A DNA stretch of 64,000 nucleotides from Candidatus Poriferihabitaceae bacterium. Its GTDB lineage: Bacteria > Pseudomonadota > Gammaproteobacteria > Arenicellales > Poriferihabitantaceae. This document shows positions 49,617 to 59,573 of this stretch, one piece after another; positions within the stretch are counted from its first letter, which is position 1, and each line of letters opens with the position of its first letter. The stretch spans positions 652,000 to 715,999 of the forward strand of contig OZ242021.1 of NCBI GenBank assembly GCA_965204925.1, written 5' to 3'. Under the pieces are notes generated by a model. It worked only from the letters and a program-made list of their open reading frames with translations, was not told where the DNA came from and ran no database searches. The translations under genes and the position numbers were made by a program.

Positions 49617-50909
49617 CTACGCCGACACGCGATTGACCACCTGGATTGCGCGCAACGCCGCAGCGGTCGCGTTCTGCACGGAGCGGTTCACGTCAAGAGC
49701 GTTCGTTGCGCAGCCGGCGCCGAAAACCCCTCCGTTGGCAGGATCCAGCTCGATGAAACCACTACGGTCGGTACTCAGGCCGTGCGCGGTTTTCATGATC
49801 GACGCGGGGTTCAGGTTCGGTTCCATGCCGACTGCCAGCACGACCAGATCATGGGGGTTTGCATATCGCTTGCAGCCATGGGTATCGACTCCGTGCAAAA
49901 CCGGTTTTCCGCTTTTTGGGTCCCTGACGATACTGGCCACCTTGGATTTGATGAAATGCACTTTTTCATCGGCGCGCACTTTCTTCTCGAAATCCTCGAA
50001 GCGGTCGATCGTGCGGATATCGATATAGTAAATCGTTGCCCGGGCGCGCTCATCGTCACCGAACTGCTCGCCAACATAGGTACTTTGTTTCAATGATGCC
50101 ATACAACAGATTCTCGAGCAATGCGACAGGTGATTGCGGTCGCGCGAACCGGCGCACTGAATAAAGGCAATATCCCTGGCAGGCTCTCCGTTGGACGGCC
50201 GGATCAGCTTGCCGCCGGTCGGGCCATAGGGGTCCATGATGCGTTCGAGTTCGACACTGGTGATGACATCTTCATATCGCTCATAGCCGTAGGGTTCGAT
50301 ACGGGCAGCGTCATAGGGACGCCAGCCGGTCGCGAATACGACAGCGCCGCAGTGAATGTCGATCGTGCGCTCCTGCATTTCGAGATCGATCGCATCCACA
50401 GGACAGGCCGCTTTCGCCTTCTGTCCCTGTTCATTGCCGACGATAGACGGGTGCAGAACATAGCGCTGTGGATAGGCCATGTTATGGGGCAGCCAGGCCG
50501 CCTTGATCTTGCTCAGCCCGTAGTTGTGAGGATCGTCGATTTCGGCGTCGACCGCTCTTGCGCAGTTCCCGCAGGCCGTGCAGTTTTCCCTGACATAGCG
50601 CGGGCGCAGCCTGATCGATGCCGTATAGTTTCCCGCATGCCCGCTTAACGTGGTTATTTCAGCCATCGTCAGAATACGCAGGCTCCGGTTGGCCTTGATC
50701 CTGCGAAAATTGATTTCCTGTCCGCAAGACGGGCGGCACAGCTTGGGGAAGTACTTGTAGAGCTGGGAGACACGGCCGCCCAGCGCCGGATTTTTTTCGA
50801 CCAGAATAACGTCTTTGCCGCATTCAGCGGCCTCGAGAGCGGTCGTCATGCCGCTGATGCCGCCGCCGACAACGAGGATCGTTTCATTTGTGGCAACGAT
50901 ATCGTTCAT
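49617..50909 (-). CDS. qmoA: QmoA-like protein: HdrA-type FAD-dependent oxidoreductase
   Basis: 430 aa. Contains VVGGGISGMTTAL, FIQCAGSRD and CSRICC. Size and gene order (A then B then hdrC, hdrB) fit the qmoAB-hdrCB arrangement. Confidence 0.75.
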   Translation of the reverse strand: MNDIVATNETILVVGGGISGMTTALEAAECGKDVILVEKNPALGGRVSQLYKYFPKLCRPSCGQEINFRRIKANRSLRILTMAEITTLSGHAGNYTASIRLRPRYVRENCTACGNCARAVDAEIDDPHNYGLSKIKAAWLPHNMAYPQRYVLHPSIVGNEQGQKAKAACPVDAIDLEMQERTIDIHCGAVVFATGWRPYDAARIEPYGYERYEDVITSVELERIMDPYGPTGGKLIRPSNGEPARDIAFIQCAGSRDRNHLSHCSRICCMASLKQSTYVGEQFGDDERARATIYYIDIRTIDRFEDFEKKVRADEKVHFIKSKVASIVRDPKSGKPVLHGVDTHGCKRYANPHDLVVLAVGMEPNLNPASIMKTAHGLSTDRSGFIELDPANGGVFGAGCATNALDVNRSVQNATAAALRAIQVVNRVSA

Positions 50910-51231
50910 ATCATATCAAAGTTGAACCGTCCGAACCCCGGCTTGTGTTTACAAATCCCGACTATACGGGTTTTCCGCGCAACAGGCTAGAGCGCAGCCG
51001 AATTTGTTCCCAAAAGTATTCCGATACAGCGATAGAGAATATGTATTCCCATCAGCGGCAGGCTCTGTCTTGTGAATTACGGAGCCATGTCATAGTGAAT
51101 TTCATGGCGTGACAACTTGTTCGGGTTGCCGACCAGTTGAATGTCGAATTTCAGCGAGGGGATTATTTTTGTCTCGGCGTTGTGGATACGAAATGACACT
51201 TGCCAGCCCGAACTCCCAGACTCTGCCGCTG

Positions 51232-51771
51232 TCAGTCTGGCTTATTCCAGGCATTCACGATCAATAATTCCTTTGAATACTTGCTGGCTGACATACCGTA
51301 AGCCCATTCGGGCTTGATCATACAATGTCCGCAATACAAATCCCGAATCAGAGCGCAATCATTATAGGACAACACCCAGCCATCTCTTTTGTTCAAATGA
51401 GCCGCCAGTTCCTCATGACTGAAACTTTCGTGCATATCCCTTCTTTGTCCATACAGTTTGCCTCCATTGGCATAAGGTGGATCCAGATACAGGAATCGAT
51501 CCTTGTGAATGTCGAGGGCATCCCTGTAGTCCAGACATTCGACAAACAGATTGCCGGATTTGAAGTCGCGTAATCGCTTGATTGCAGAAGGGGTAAACCT
51601 CGGATGCCCGGGAGACATACCTCCGGACAACGTTGTTCCTGAAAATGAAGATCGGTTCAGGACAAAGAACACGGCCGCTTTCTCAGCGTTGTCAGGCAAA
51701 TTGTCGTATCGCTTTTGGAGATCATAAGATGTGAGGCTCGGGTTTCGGCTACTTAAGTTCTTGTAAAGATA
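51232..51771 (-). pseudogene. 5'-truncated Dam-type (D12 class) N6-adenine DNA methyltransferase remnant
   Basis: Contains AAVFFVLNRSSFSG and the catalytic LYLDPPYANG. The homologous frame stays open upstream to a stop at 51772-51774. There is no ATG and no N-terminal SAM-binding (FxGxG) region, and only ~40 nt remain before the next gene. Confidence 0.65.
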
Positions 51772-51810
51772 CTATACAGGGATTTTCAAATCCAGCGCCG
51801 ATTCTGAACC

Positions 51811-52806
51811 TCATGGGCGCGGTATCTGTTCGGGGGCAATCTCCGGTTTGCGTTTATGGTGCTCATAAAGGACTGACTGGTCGGTCGATATGAATCTGAA
51901 CGCTATCGTCTGCGGGCGGGCTTCTATCTCGAGGAATCCGTATGTGACCGCGCCGAAATGGTGCTGCGGATTTTCCCGGAGCGGGTACAGCACCGCTCCG
52001 CCAGCCCCTGAAATGAACTGGTCTGCCTGACAGTTATCAATATCGATATGTTCCAGGTGATGGGAATGACCGGACAGGAATGTATCGACATGATCGCAAA
52101 TGGCGCGGCGCACGATCATTCCGCCGAGGCCGCCTCCGCGGTGCCTGCCGCCGCTTGCGCTCGCCGAGTTCAGGGGATGATGGCCGTACGCAATGGACCA
52201 CGGCGTCGAACGCTGTTCAAGGGCGGGAAGCGCTGTGTGTATGAACAGGGGATTGGTTGTATCGATCACATAGAGCGCCAGAAGGTCTTCGAAAAGCGCT
52301 TCGTAGTGTCGATGCGGGAACCACCAGCGAGCATTGATCTCGCCCGCTTGCGTCCAGATACGCGGGTCGCCGTTATAGTCATGATTGCCCAAAGCCGGAA
52401 AGATTGGAAGACCCGCGAGGCACTCACTGCCATACATGTCGAAAATACGCTCATTCCAGTGCGGGTGCTGTAACGTTTGCGTACCATCCGGATAAATCAG
52501 GTCACCGAGCAAAAGCAAGGCGTCGGGTTCCTGTTTTTTACATCTTTCTTCCATCGCTCTGGCGACATCACGCTGTGAAACGGACCCTGAGCCGGAGTCA
52601 CCCAGAGCGAACAACACGACACGCTGGTCATGGGGCATGACGCGGGTCGCGGGAGTATCGACAAATCGCGGATACTTCGCCAGCTTTTCCCGGTATTTGA
52701 CAAACACGATCATCACAATGACAATAATCAGGACAATCAATGTGATCGACACTCTTTTCAGCAGCCGTACCAGCATATTCCAAGGCTTGTTTGTCTTGGT
52801 TTTCAT
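51811..52806 (-). CDS. calcineurin-like metallophosphoesterase with N-terminal membrane anchor
   Basis: GDSGSG, GDLIYPDG, GNHDY, GHHP and GHSHH metallophosphatase motifs. An N-terminal hydrophobic helix is present. Confidence 0.8.
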   Translation of the reverse strand: MKTKTNKPWNMLVRLLKRVSITLIVLIIVIVMIVFVKYREKLAKYPRFVDTPATRVMPHDQRVVLFALGDSGSGSVSQRDVARAMEERCKKQEPDALLLLGDLIYPDGTQTLQHPHWNERIFDMYGSECLAGLPIFPALGNHDYNGDPRIWTQAGEINARWWFPHRHYEALFEDLLALYVIDTTNPLFIHTALPALEQRSTPWSIAYGHHPLNSASASGGRHRGGGLGGMIVRRAICDHVDTFLSGHSHHLEHIDIDNCQADQFISGAGGAVLYPLRENPQHHFGAVTYGFLEIEARPQTIAFRFISTDQSVLYEHHKRKPEIAPEQIPRP

Positions 52807-52982
52807 GGCGCGGGATTGTATACTATTGCGCCCTTGAATAACGACAGCCGGACGGGCAATACCCGTCCGCGTACCGAATCGGATTCAACCCGAATGCCGC
52901 GGTTCGATAAAAAGGACGGGAAAGTGATACACTTGCCGCCATTCCCGGACTCTTGTGACGAACAACCAGACCCCTGCGAACG

Positions 52983-53792
52983 ATGAGCGCTGACCCCGAC
53001 CTCAAGGAATACCGGATTGTCGACGAGCCGTTCTACTCGCCCCGCAGAAACGAGGTGGAGTTGTTCGAGGCCGCCTGTAAAAACACGATCCCGGTATTGC
53101 TGAAAGGTCCGACAGGATGCGGCAAGACCCGCTTCATGGAACACATGGCGTGGAAACTCGAACGCCCCCTCATTACCGTTTCCTGCCATGACGATCTGAC
53201 CGCGTCGGACCTCGTTGGCCGCTATCTGATCATCGGCGGCGAGACGCGCTGGGCGGACGGCCCCCTGACGCGGGCGGTGCGCGGCGGCGGCATCTGCTAT
53301 CTTGATGAAATCGTCGAGGCGCGCAAGGATACCACCGTGGTCATCCATCCTCTGGCCGATGATCGCAGGGTTCTGCCAATCGACAAAACCGGCGAGCTGC
53401 TGACTGCCTCCGATCAGTTTTGTCTGTCCATATCGTATAACCCCGGCTACCAGAGCGTACTCAAGGACCTCAAACAAAGCACTCGGCAACGCTTCGTTTC
53501 CATTGAATTCGACTACCCTCCGGCGCGGCGTGAAACGGACATTGTCATACAGGAATCCGGCCTCGACGAAGCAATGGCGGCACGTCTCGTGAAGTATGCG
53601 GGAATGACCCGAAACCTCAAGGGCAGCGGTCTGGAAGAGGGGGCCAGCACCCGCCTGCTGGTGCATGCGGCGAAGCTGATCGTCAGTGGTATCAGCCCGC
53701 AGGACGCCTGTCGCGGCGCCATATCGGAAACGTTGAGCGACGACCCGGACATGCTGAAAGCGGTGAGTGAACTCAGCGCCTCACTGTTTTGA
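52983..53792 (+). CDS. CbbQ/NirQ/NorQ/GpvN family MoxR-like AAA+ ATPase
   Basis: 269 aa, Walker A GPTGCGKT, Walker B ICYLDEI. The family-typical length and C-terminus are present. The antisense ORF 52803..53666 is rejected. Confidence 0.8.
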   Translation: MSADPDLKEYRIVDEPFYSPRRNEVELFEAACKNTIPVLLKGPTGCGKTRFMEHMAWKLERPLITVSCHDDLTASDLVGRYLIIGGETRWADGPLTRAVRGGGICYLDEIVEARKDTTVVIHPLADDRRVLPIDKTGELLTASDQFCLSISYNPGYQSVLKDLKQSTRQRFVSIEFDYPPARRETDIVIQESGLDEAMAARLVKYAGMTRNLKGSGLEEGASTRLLVHAAKLIVSGISPQDACRGAISETLSDDPDMLKAVSELSASLF

Positions 53793-53846
53793 TATGCAGG
53801 CAGAAATACCCTCAACGAACCTCCCGTTACCGAATCGCAAGCCACG

Positions 53847-54503
53847 ATGCCGATAGCCGGTCAGAAAGAACAGGCCGCCAATGCCGCCCTTGATTACATC
53901 CAGTCGGGGGATATCGTCGGCATCGGTACCGGCTCCACCGTGAACTGCTTTATTGACGCCCTGTCGCGCATCAAGGGCAAAATAGATGGCGCGGTAGCCA
54001 GTTCCGAAGCGAGCGCACAGCGGCTGCGCGCTCACCGCATTCCGGCGCTGGACCTGGGACAGGTCGGTACATTGCCAGTCTGTGTCGACGGGGCCGATGA
54101 AGCCACCCGGCATCTGCACCTGATAAAGGGCGGCGGCGGAGCGCTTACCCGGGAAAAGATCGTGGCCCAAGCGGCGGAAAGATTTGTCTGCATTGTCGAC
54201 GAGGGCAAGCTGGTCGACCGGCTGGGCGCTTTCCCGTTACCCGTTGAAGTCATACCCATGGCGCAGAGTCTGGTCGCCCGCGAGATGTTCAGGTTCGGTG
54301 GACAGCCGGTATTGCGCGCCGGCTGCGTCACGGACAACGGCAATGTCATTCTCGATATCAGGAATCTCGATATCGAAAACCCGGTGGACATGGAAAGGCG
54401 CATGAACCAGGTTCCCGGGGTGGTCACGGTCGGCCTGTTCGCGCTGCGCGGCGCCGATGTGCTGCTGATTGGAACCGACTCCAGTGTCAGGAAACTGCCA
54501 TGA
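53847..54503 (+). CDS. rpiA: ribose-5-phosphate isomerase A
   Basis: 218 aa, GIGTGSTV...DGADE...[14 protein letters not shown]. Canonical RpiA. Confidence 0.9.
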   Translation: MPIAGQKEQAANAALDYIQSGDIVGIGTGSTVNCFIDALSRIKGKIDGAVASSEASAQRLRAHRIPALDLGQVGTLPVCVDGADEATRHLHLIKGGGGALTREKIVAQAAERFVCIVDEGKLVDRLGAFPLPVEVIPMAQSLVAREMFRFGGQPVLRAGCVTDNGNVILDIRNLDIENPVDMERRMNQVPGVVTVGLFALRGADVLLIGTDSSVRKLP

Positions 54504-55960
54504 ACCCCTTTATTTCCCGGTTGAAGCCTGCAAGGCGGACCGCGCTGGCTGTCCTGCTGGCCATTTCACTGGCATCGACCGCGCCGCCAGCCCACGCAGA
54601 TGACCTGCCGGAACTGGGCGACAGCTCGACACAGTATCTCGACCCTCTCCAGGAAAAACGGATCGGACAAGCGTTCCTGCGTCGTCTGATCGGGGATCGC
54701 TCGTTTCTCGCGGATTATGAATTACAACATTATCTGCAAACGCTGGGAGACCGTATCGGACAACACGCCGACCTGCGCGAGACCTCGCTTTCGTTCAACC
54801 TCGTACGCAACAATGACCTCAACGCATTTGCCGTACCGGGCGGTTACATCACTTTCCATAGCGGACTGATTCTGGCGACTGGCAACGAAAGTGAACTGGC
54901 CGCGGTGATTGCGCACGAAATCGCCCACCTGACCCAACGCCATCTGCCCAAACTCGTTGCCAGAGCCAACCAGAACAAACTTCCGGCCATAGCGGCCATT
55001 ATCGGCTCGATACTGGTCGGTGGACAGGCGGGCACGGCAGGAATCACATTGACCGGGGCTGCGCTGGAATCGGACAGGCTTGCCTTTACCAGGGATTTTG
55101 AAAGAGAGGCGGATGCGATTGGCATCAGGATACTGGCCCAATCCGGTTATGATCCGAAAGCCATGGTCACATTTTTCGGCAAACTGGAACGGCATAACCG
55201 GATTGACAGCGGCGTGCCGGGATTCCTGCGTACCCACCCGCTTTCCTACACCCGCATCGCTGAATCGGAAGCGCGCGCGAACAGCTATCCCGAACGCGAA
55301 TACTCAAGCAGTTTCGAGTATTTTCTCGCCAGGGCCCGCATCCGGGCGCTTTATGTGGATCGTCAAAAAAACCCGATTCCCTGGTTTCTCGAGCAACTCG
55401 AAACCGGTTCGCCCGAGGTCAGGGACGCTGCGCAATACGGCATCGCCATTACGCATCTGTACAATCGGGATTTTGCCCGCGCCCGGGAAGCGCTGGCTGC
55501 GGTACTCGCCAGACACCCGCATCATCCCTGGATCCAGTCTGCCCGCGCCGAGATCGACCTTGCGGATAATCGGGCGGAAGAGGGCATCGGGAGATACCTG
55601 GCTGCCATTACACGCCATCCCGATGATCGTTACCTGATCTATCGGCTGGCGGAAGCCCGGCTCGCCAACAACGAGCCCGCTCTTGCAAAAAAGGTTTTGC
55701 GCCATCAGATCAGGAGGCATCGCGATGACTACAGGCTGTACCGGCTGCTGTCGCGGGCCGCTGCCGCTCTGGGCCAGGTTGCACAGGCCCATCAGGCCAG
55801 GGCGGAGTACTTTGCCGTACTGGGGGATGACGAGAAAGCCCTCGCGGCCATTGAACTGGCTTTGAAGGAGGTCGGTTCCGACCGATACCTCGAACAGAGT
55901 CTGGATGCGCGGCTCAGGGACCTGCAAGCGAAAATCGATCGGCAGAAAAAAAGCGGGTAG
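54500..55960 (+). CDS. bepA: M48 family metalloprotease with TPR region (BepA/YfgC-like)
   Basis: Signal peptide, an HEIAH zinc motif and C-terminal TPR-like repeats. The start overlaps the rpiA stop (ATGA at 54500-54503). Confidence 0.8.
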   Translation: MNPFISRLKPARRTALAVLLAISLASTAPPAHADDLPELGDSSTQYLDPLQEKRIGQAFLRRLIGDRSFLADYELQHYLQTLGDRIGQHADLRETSLSFNLVRNNDLNAFAVPGGYITFHSGLILATGNESELAAVIAHEIAHLTQRHLPKLVARANQNKLPAIAAIIGSILVGGQAGTAGITLTGAALESDRLAFTRDFEREADAIGIRILAQSGYDPKAMVTFFGKLERHNRIDSGVPGFLRTHPLSYTRIAESEARANSYPEREYSSSFEYFLARARIRALYVDRQKNPIPWFLEQLETGSPEVRDAAQYGIAITHLYNRDFARAREALAAVLARHPHHPWIQSARAEIDLADNRAEEGIGRYLAAITRHPDDRYLIYRLAEARLANNEPALAKKVLRHQIRRHRDDYRLYRLLSRAAAALGQVAQAHQARAEYFAVLGDDEKALAAIELALKEVGSDRYLEQSLDARLRDLQAKIDRQKKSG

Positions 55961-56131
55961 CCCGCGCGGGCAGTCAACGCATACGCCCGGGAACGCAGCG
56001 TACCGGGGATTATATTGCGGCATCGCCGGAACGGCGGGGCAACACGACGGCGCGGCGGTTTCCCTTGTGATTTTTTTCGATTAAAATCCCGCGCTGATGG
56101 TCGTTAACAAAAAACCAGCCTCTACTGAAAT

Positions 56132-56575
56132 ATGAAAATTCCGAGTATCGCCACGTTGTCCGGTTTCGCCCTGTTGTTTTCCCTGCAAGCGGTTGCAAAC
56201 CACGAATCCATGGAATCCCTGCAAGCACGCATCTCTGCGGTGGGCGTATTGAACGTGGACAAAAACGCGGCAGTCGTATCAGGCACGGATGAAGACGGAA
56301 GCGCCGTAGTTGCCTCGCCTCCTGCAGACGGTGAATCCGTCTATCAGACGAGTTGTGCAGCCTGCCATAACGCCGGAATTGCAGGATCACCGGTAGTGGG
56401 AGATGTTGATGCCTGGGTGGTACGGTTAGAACAGGGTCTGGAAACACTGGTCAGGCATGCTATCGAAGGCTATACCGGAGAAAGCGGGTTCATGCCCGCA
56501 AAAGGCGGCAATCCGGCGCTCAGCGATGAAGCCGTCGCAGCCGCCGTACAATTCATGGTCGATCAATCCAGATAG
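56132..56575 (+). CDS. class I c-type cytochrome (cytochrome c5-like)
   Basis: Signal peptide, a single CAACH haem-binding motif and a distal Met region (GFMPAKGG). Confidence 0.8.
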   Translation: MKIPSIATLSGFALLFSLQAVANHESMESLQARISAVGVLNVDKNAAVVSGTDEDGSAVVASPPADGESVYQTSCAACHNAGIAGSPVVGDVDAWVVRLEQGLETLVRHAIEGYTGESGFMPAKGGNPALSDEAVAAAVQFMVDQSR

Positions 56576-56604
56576 TCCGCCGGCGGACAGGATCACACGG
56601 ATCA

Positions 56605-57408
56605 ATGAACACCGCCCATAGCGCCCGCGCGACCGCAGATCGGCATCTGATCGTGGAAACCGATCGATCGGTTTCCACCCTGACACTGAATCGCCCGCGC
56701 CAGTATAACGCCCTGTCCGCGGAGTTGCTTGAATCAATCTGTAACACCCTGGACATCATTGCCGGGGACGATACGGTGCGCGCAGTGATCATTGCCGCTA
56801 ACGGCAAAGCCTTTTGCGCCGGACACGATCTCAGGCAGATGCGCCAAAGCGCAGAAAAGGCGGCGCACCGCAAGCTGTTCGGCAAATGCAGCGAAATGAT
56901 GCAGAAGATAGTCCATCTGCCACAGCCGGTTATCGCCCGGGTGCAGGGAATAGCTACCGCCGCCGGTTGTCAGCTGGTCGCGGCCTGCGACCTGGCGGTA
57001 GCTTGCGAAACGGCGCAATTTGCCGTATCGGGAATCCGCGCCGGACTGTTCTGTTCAACCCCGGCTGTCGCGCTGAGCCGCAATATATCCCGCAAGCGCG
57101 CCCTGGAAATGCTCATGACCGGCGATTTTATCAGCTCTTCCGCGGCGCTGGAATACGGTCTCGTCAACCGCGTAGTCAAACCACAGATGCTGAACGAGGC
57201 AACCGATGAACTGGCCAGGAAGATCATCCGCCACCCTGCGCGAGTGGTCAGTCTGGGAAAAAAGATGTTCTATGAGCAACTCGACGAGGACCTCGCGAGC
57301 GCCTACCGCGGCGCGACTGAAACTATTTCCGGCAACATGATGCTTGAGGAAACGATTGAGGGTATTGATGCCTTCATCGAAAAACGTCGACCCGACTGGG
57401 CGGTTTAA
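56605..57408 (+). CDS. enoyl-CoA hydratase/isomerase family protein
   Basis: 267 aa, LTLNRPRQYNAL...GKAFCAGHDL...ATAAGCQL crotonase motifs. Confidence 0.8.
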   Translation: MNTAHSARATADRHLIVETDRSVSTLTLNRPRQYNALSAELLESICNTLDIIAGDDTVRAVIIAANGKAFCAGHDLRQMRQSAEKAAHRKLFGKCSEMMQKIVHLPQPVIARVQGIATAAGCQLVAACDLAVACETAQFAVSGIRAGLFCSTPAVALSRNISRKRALEMLMTGDFISSSAALEYGLVNRVVKPQMLNEATDELARKIIRHPARVVSLGKKMFYEQLDEDLASAYRGATETISGNMMLEETIEGIDAFIEKRRPDWAV

Positions 57409-57430
57409 CCGAAAAATCAGACAGCGATTC

Positions 57431-58519
57431 GTGAATACATACAATATCGCCCTGATGCCCGGAGACGGCATCGGCCCGGAAATCATGAAGCAGGGGGTCA
57501 AGGTACTCAGGGCGGTCGAGCGCCGCGCCGGGGTCAGGTTCAATTTGATACCGGCGGCTTTTGGCGCCTCCGCCTGGTTTGAAACCGGCAGCAGTTTCCC
57601 CGCAGAGTCGATCGCCGTCTGCGACCGCGCGGACGCGATCCTGAAAGGCACGATCGGTCTTGGTCACGAGGAGTCGAAAAAAATTCCCGTTGACGAGCAA
57701 CCCGAACGCGGCGCCTTGCTGCCGATGCGCCGCCGCTACGATACCTTTGCCAATTTCAGGCCGGTTTACCTGCCCCCTTCACTCGGCCATTTCTCTCCAC
57801 TGAAACCCCGGGTCGTGAGCGATGGCATTGACATCATGATTATCCGCGAACTGGTTGGCGGGATTTATTTCGGCGACAAGGAAACCGGGGTCAATGAACA
57901 GGGATTGCGTTACGTCCGGGAAACGCTCGAATACGATGAACGGCTGATCAAAAGAATCGTCGATGTCGCTTTTTCCACAGCCATGAAGCGCAGAAAGAAA
58001 CTGCACAACATCCACAAGAGCAATGTCCTGAAATCCAGCATACTGTGGACCGACATAATCGAACAGACGGCCGCGGATTTTCCGGAAGTTGAAGTCGCCC
58101 ACATGCTGGTTGACGCTGCCGCGACCCATCTGTGCCTCAACCCCGGTCAATTCGATGTCATGCTCATGGAAAACATGTTTGGCGATATTCTGAGCGACCA
58201 GGCCGGCGGCATACTCGGCTCGCTGGGGCTGATGCCTTCTGCCTGTATGGGGGCGGACAAATCCTATTACGAACCTTCGCATGGCTCCGCGCCCGATATT
58301 GCCGGCAGGAACATTGCCAACCCATATGCCATGATCGGCTCGGTAGCCATGATGCTCGACATGAGTTTCAACATGGCCGATCAGGCCAGAAATGTGTGGG
58401 CGGCCATGGAGTCTGTCTTTGCTGCCGGTTATTCGACTGCCGATTTGTCCGGGTCTGACACGAGCGTGACCATGGTCAGTACCGATGAGTTCGGTGACCG
58501 GGCGGCAGACGCCCTTTAG
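57431..58519 (+). CDS. isocitrate/3-isopropylmalate dehydrogenase family (LeuB- or tartrate dehydrogenase-like)
   Basis: IALMPGDGIGPEI and NMFGDILSDQAGG. GTG start at 57431 gives 362 aa. Substrate not resolved. Confidence 0.7.
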   Translation: MNTYNIALMPGDGIGPEIMKQGVKVLRAVERRAGVRFNLIPAAFGASAWFETGSSFPAESIAVCDRADAILKGTIGLGHEESKKIPVDEQPERGALLPMRRRYDTFANFRPVYLPPSLGHFSPLKPRVVSDGIDIMIIRELVGGIYFGDKETGVNEQGLRYVRETLEYDERLIKRIVDVAFSTAMKRRKKLHNIHKSNVLKSSILWTDIIEQTAADFPEVEVAHMLVDAAATHLCLNPGQFDVMLMENMFGDILSDQAGGILGSLGLMPSACMGADKSYYEPSHGSAPDIAGRNIANPYAMIGSVAMMLDMSFNMADQARNVWAAMESVFAAGYSTADLSGSDTSVTMVSTDEFGDRAADAL

Positions 58520-58583
58520 CGGCTATCCGCGCCAGATTACCAACCGTTCGCGGTTTTGCAAAACACCCGACCAGACGTTTCAT

Positions 58584-59543
58584 ATGAAAATCCTTATTGC
58601 TGACAGTTTTCCCGCATCCCATATCGACCGATTGACCCGCCTCGGCCATGAAGTGAACTCGAATCCGGCGCTTGACGGCGCTGCCCTGCCACAGGCGGTC
58701 CTCGATCATTCCGTTCTGGTCGTGCGCAGCACTCAGGTAACGGCGAACACTCTGGCATCCGGCAAATCATTGAAACTGGTAGTGCGGGCGGGCGCCGGAA
58801 CCAATACCATAGACAAATCCGGCGCCGCGGATCGGGGTATCCGGGTATGCAATGTCCCGGGGGCGAACTCGATTGCCGTTGCCGAGCTGGTGATCGGCCT
58901 GATCATCGCGATCGACCGCAATATCGCAGCCGCGGCGGCAGATCTGAAAAACCGGGTATGGAACAAAAAGAAATATTCCACGGGGCGTGGATTGTATGGC
59001 CGGAAAATCGGCATACTGGGCCTCGGGGCCATCGGTTTCGCGGTAGCCGAACGGGCCCGGGCATTCGGCATGGGAGTCCATGCAATCGCCAAACCTGGTC
59101 GCTCGGACCAAGCTTCAGCCAGGATTGCGAAAGCCGGGATCATACAACTCGATTCACAGGACGAACTCCTGGAAACCTGCGATATCGTTACCCTGCACAT
59201 GCCCTCCACCGACAGCGCCAGAAACATGGTCAACCACTCATTTCTGGGCAAAATGAAGAACGGCGCCACACTGATCAACACCTCGCGCGGTGATCTGATC
59301 GATGAGGCGGCGCTGATTGAAGCCATGCAAAGCAAAGGCATTCGCGCGGGACTGGATGTCTACAGGAACGAACCGGATTCCGCAAGCGCCGCTTTCGAGT
59401 CGGCTCTGGCCAATCACGAATCGGTATGCGGCACCCATCACATTGGCGCCTCGACCACCCAGGCGCAGACGGCGGTCGCCAACGGCGTTATTGATGTGAT
59501 CGATTCTTTCGTAAACGGAAAATTGATAAACTGCGTCAACTGA
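58584..59543 (+). CDS. serA: D-isomer-specific 2-hydroxyacid dehydrogenase, short-form phosphoglycerate dehydrogenase-like
   Basis: ILGLGAIGFAVAERA NAD motif and a catalytic R/E/H layout. 319 aa from the ATG at 58584. Lies immediately upstream of serC. Confidence 0.65.
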   Translation: MKILIADSFPASHIDRLTRLGHEVNSNPALDGAALPQAVLDHSVLVVRSTQVTANTLASGKSLKLVVRAGAGTNTIDKSGAADRGIRVCNVPGANSIAVAELVIGLIIAIDRNIAAAAADLKNRVWNKKKYSTGRGLYGRKIGILGLGAIGFAVAERARAFGMGVHAIAKPGRSDQASARIAKAGIIQLDSQDELLETCDIVTLHMPSTDSARNMVNHSFLGKMKNGATLINTSRGDLIDEAALIEAMQSKGIRAGLDVYRNEPDSASAAFESALANHESVCGTHHIGASTTQAQTAVANGVIDVIDSFVNGKLINCVN

Positions 59544-59573
59544 ACAAAAAGACCCGCAAACGGAAACAGACTG

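Noticed and set aside
45795-50909. Interpretation as the sulfur-oxidiser sHdr cluster (hdrC1B1A-hyp-hdrC2B2 with lipoate-binding proteins)
   Set aside because: Only one hdrC/hdrB pair is present, there is no lbpA-like gene, and there is an MvhD-fused HdrA-like protein plus a second shorter HdrA-like protein. This fits Qmo-type organisation better.
52803-53666. 287-aa minus-strand ORF appearing to continue the metallophosphoesterase operon
   Set aside because: It is antisense to the CbbQ/NorQ gene, which has perfect Walker A and B motifs. The minus-strand product has no motifs.
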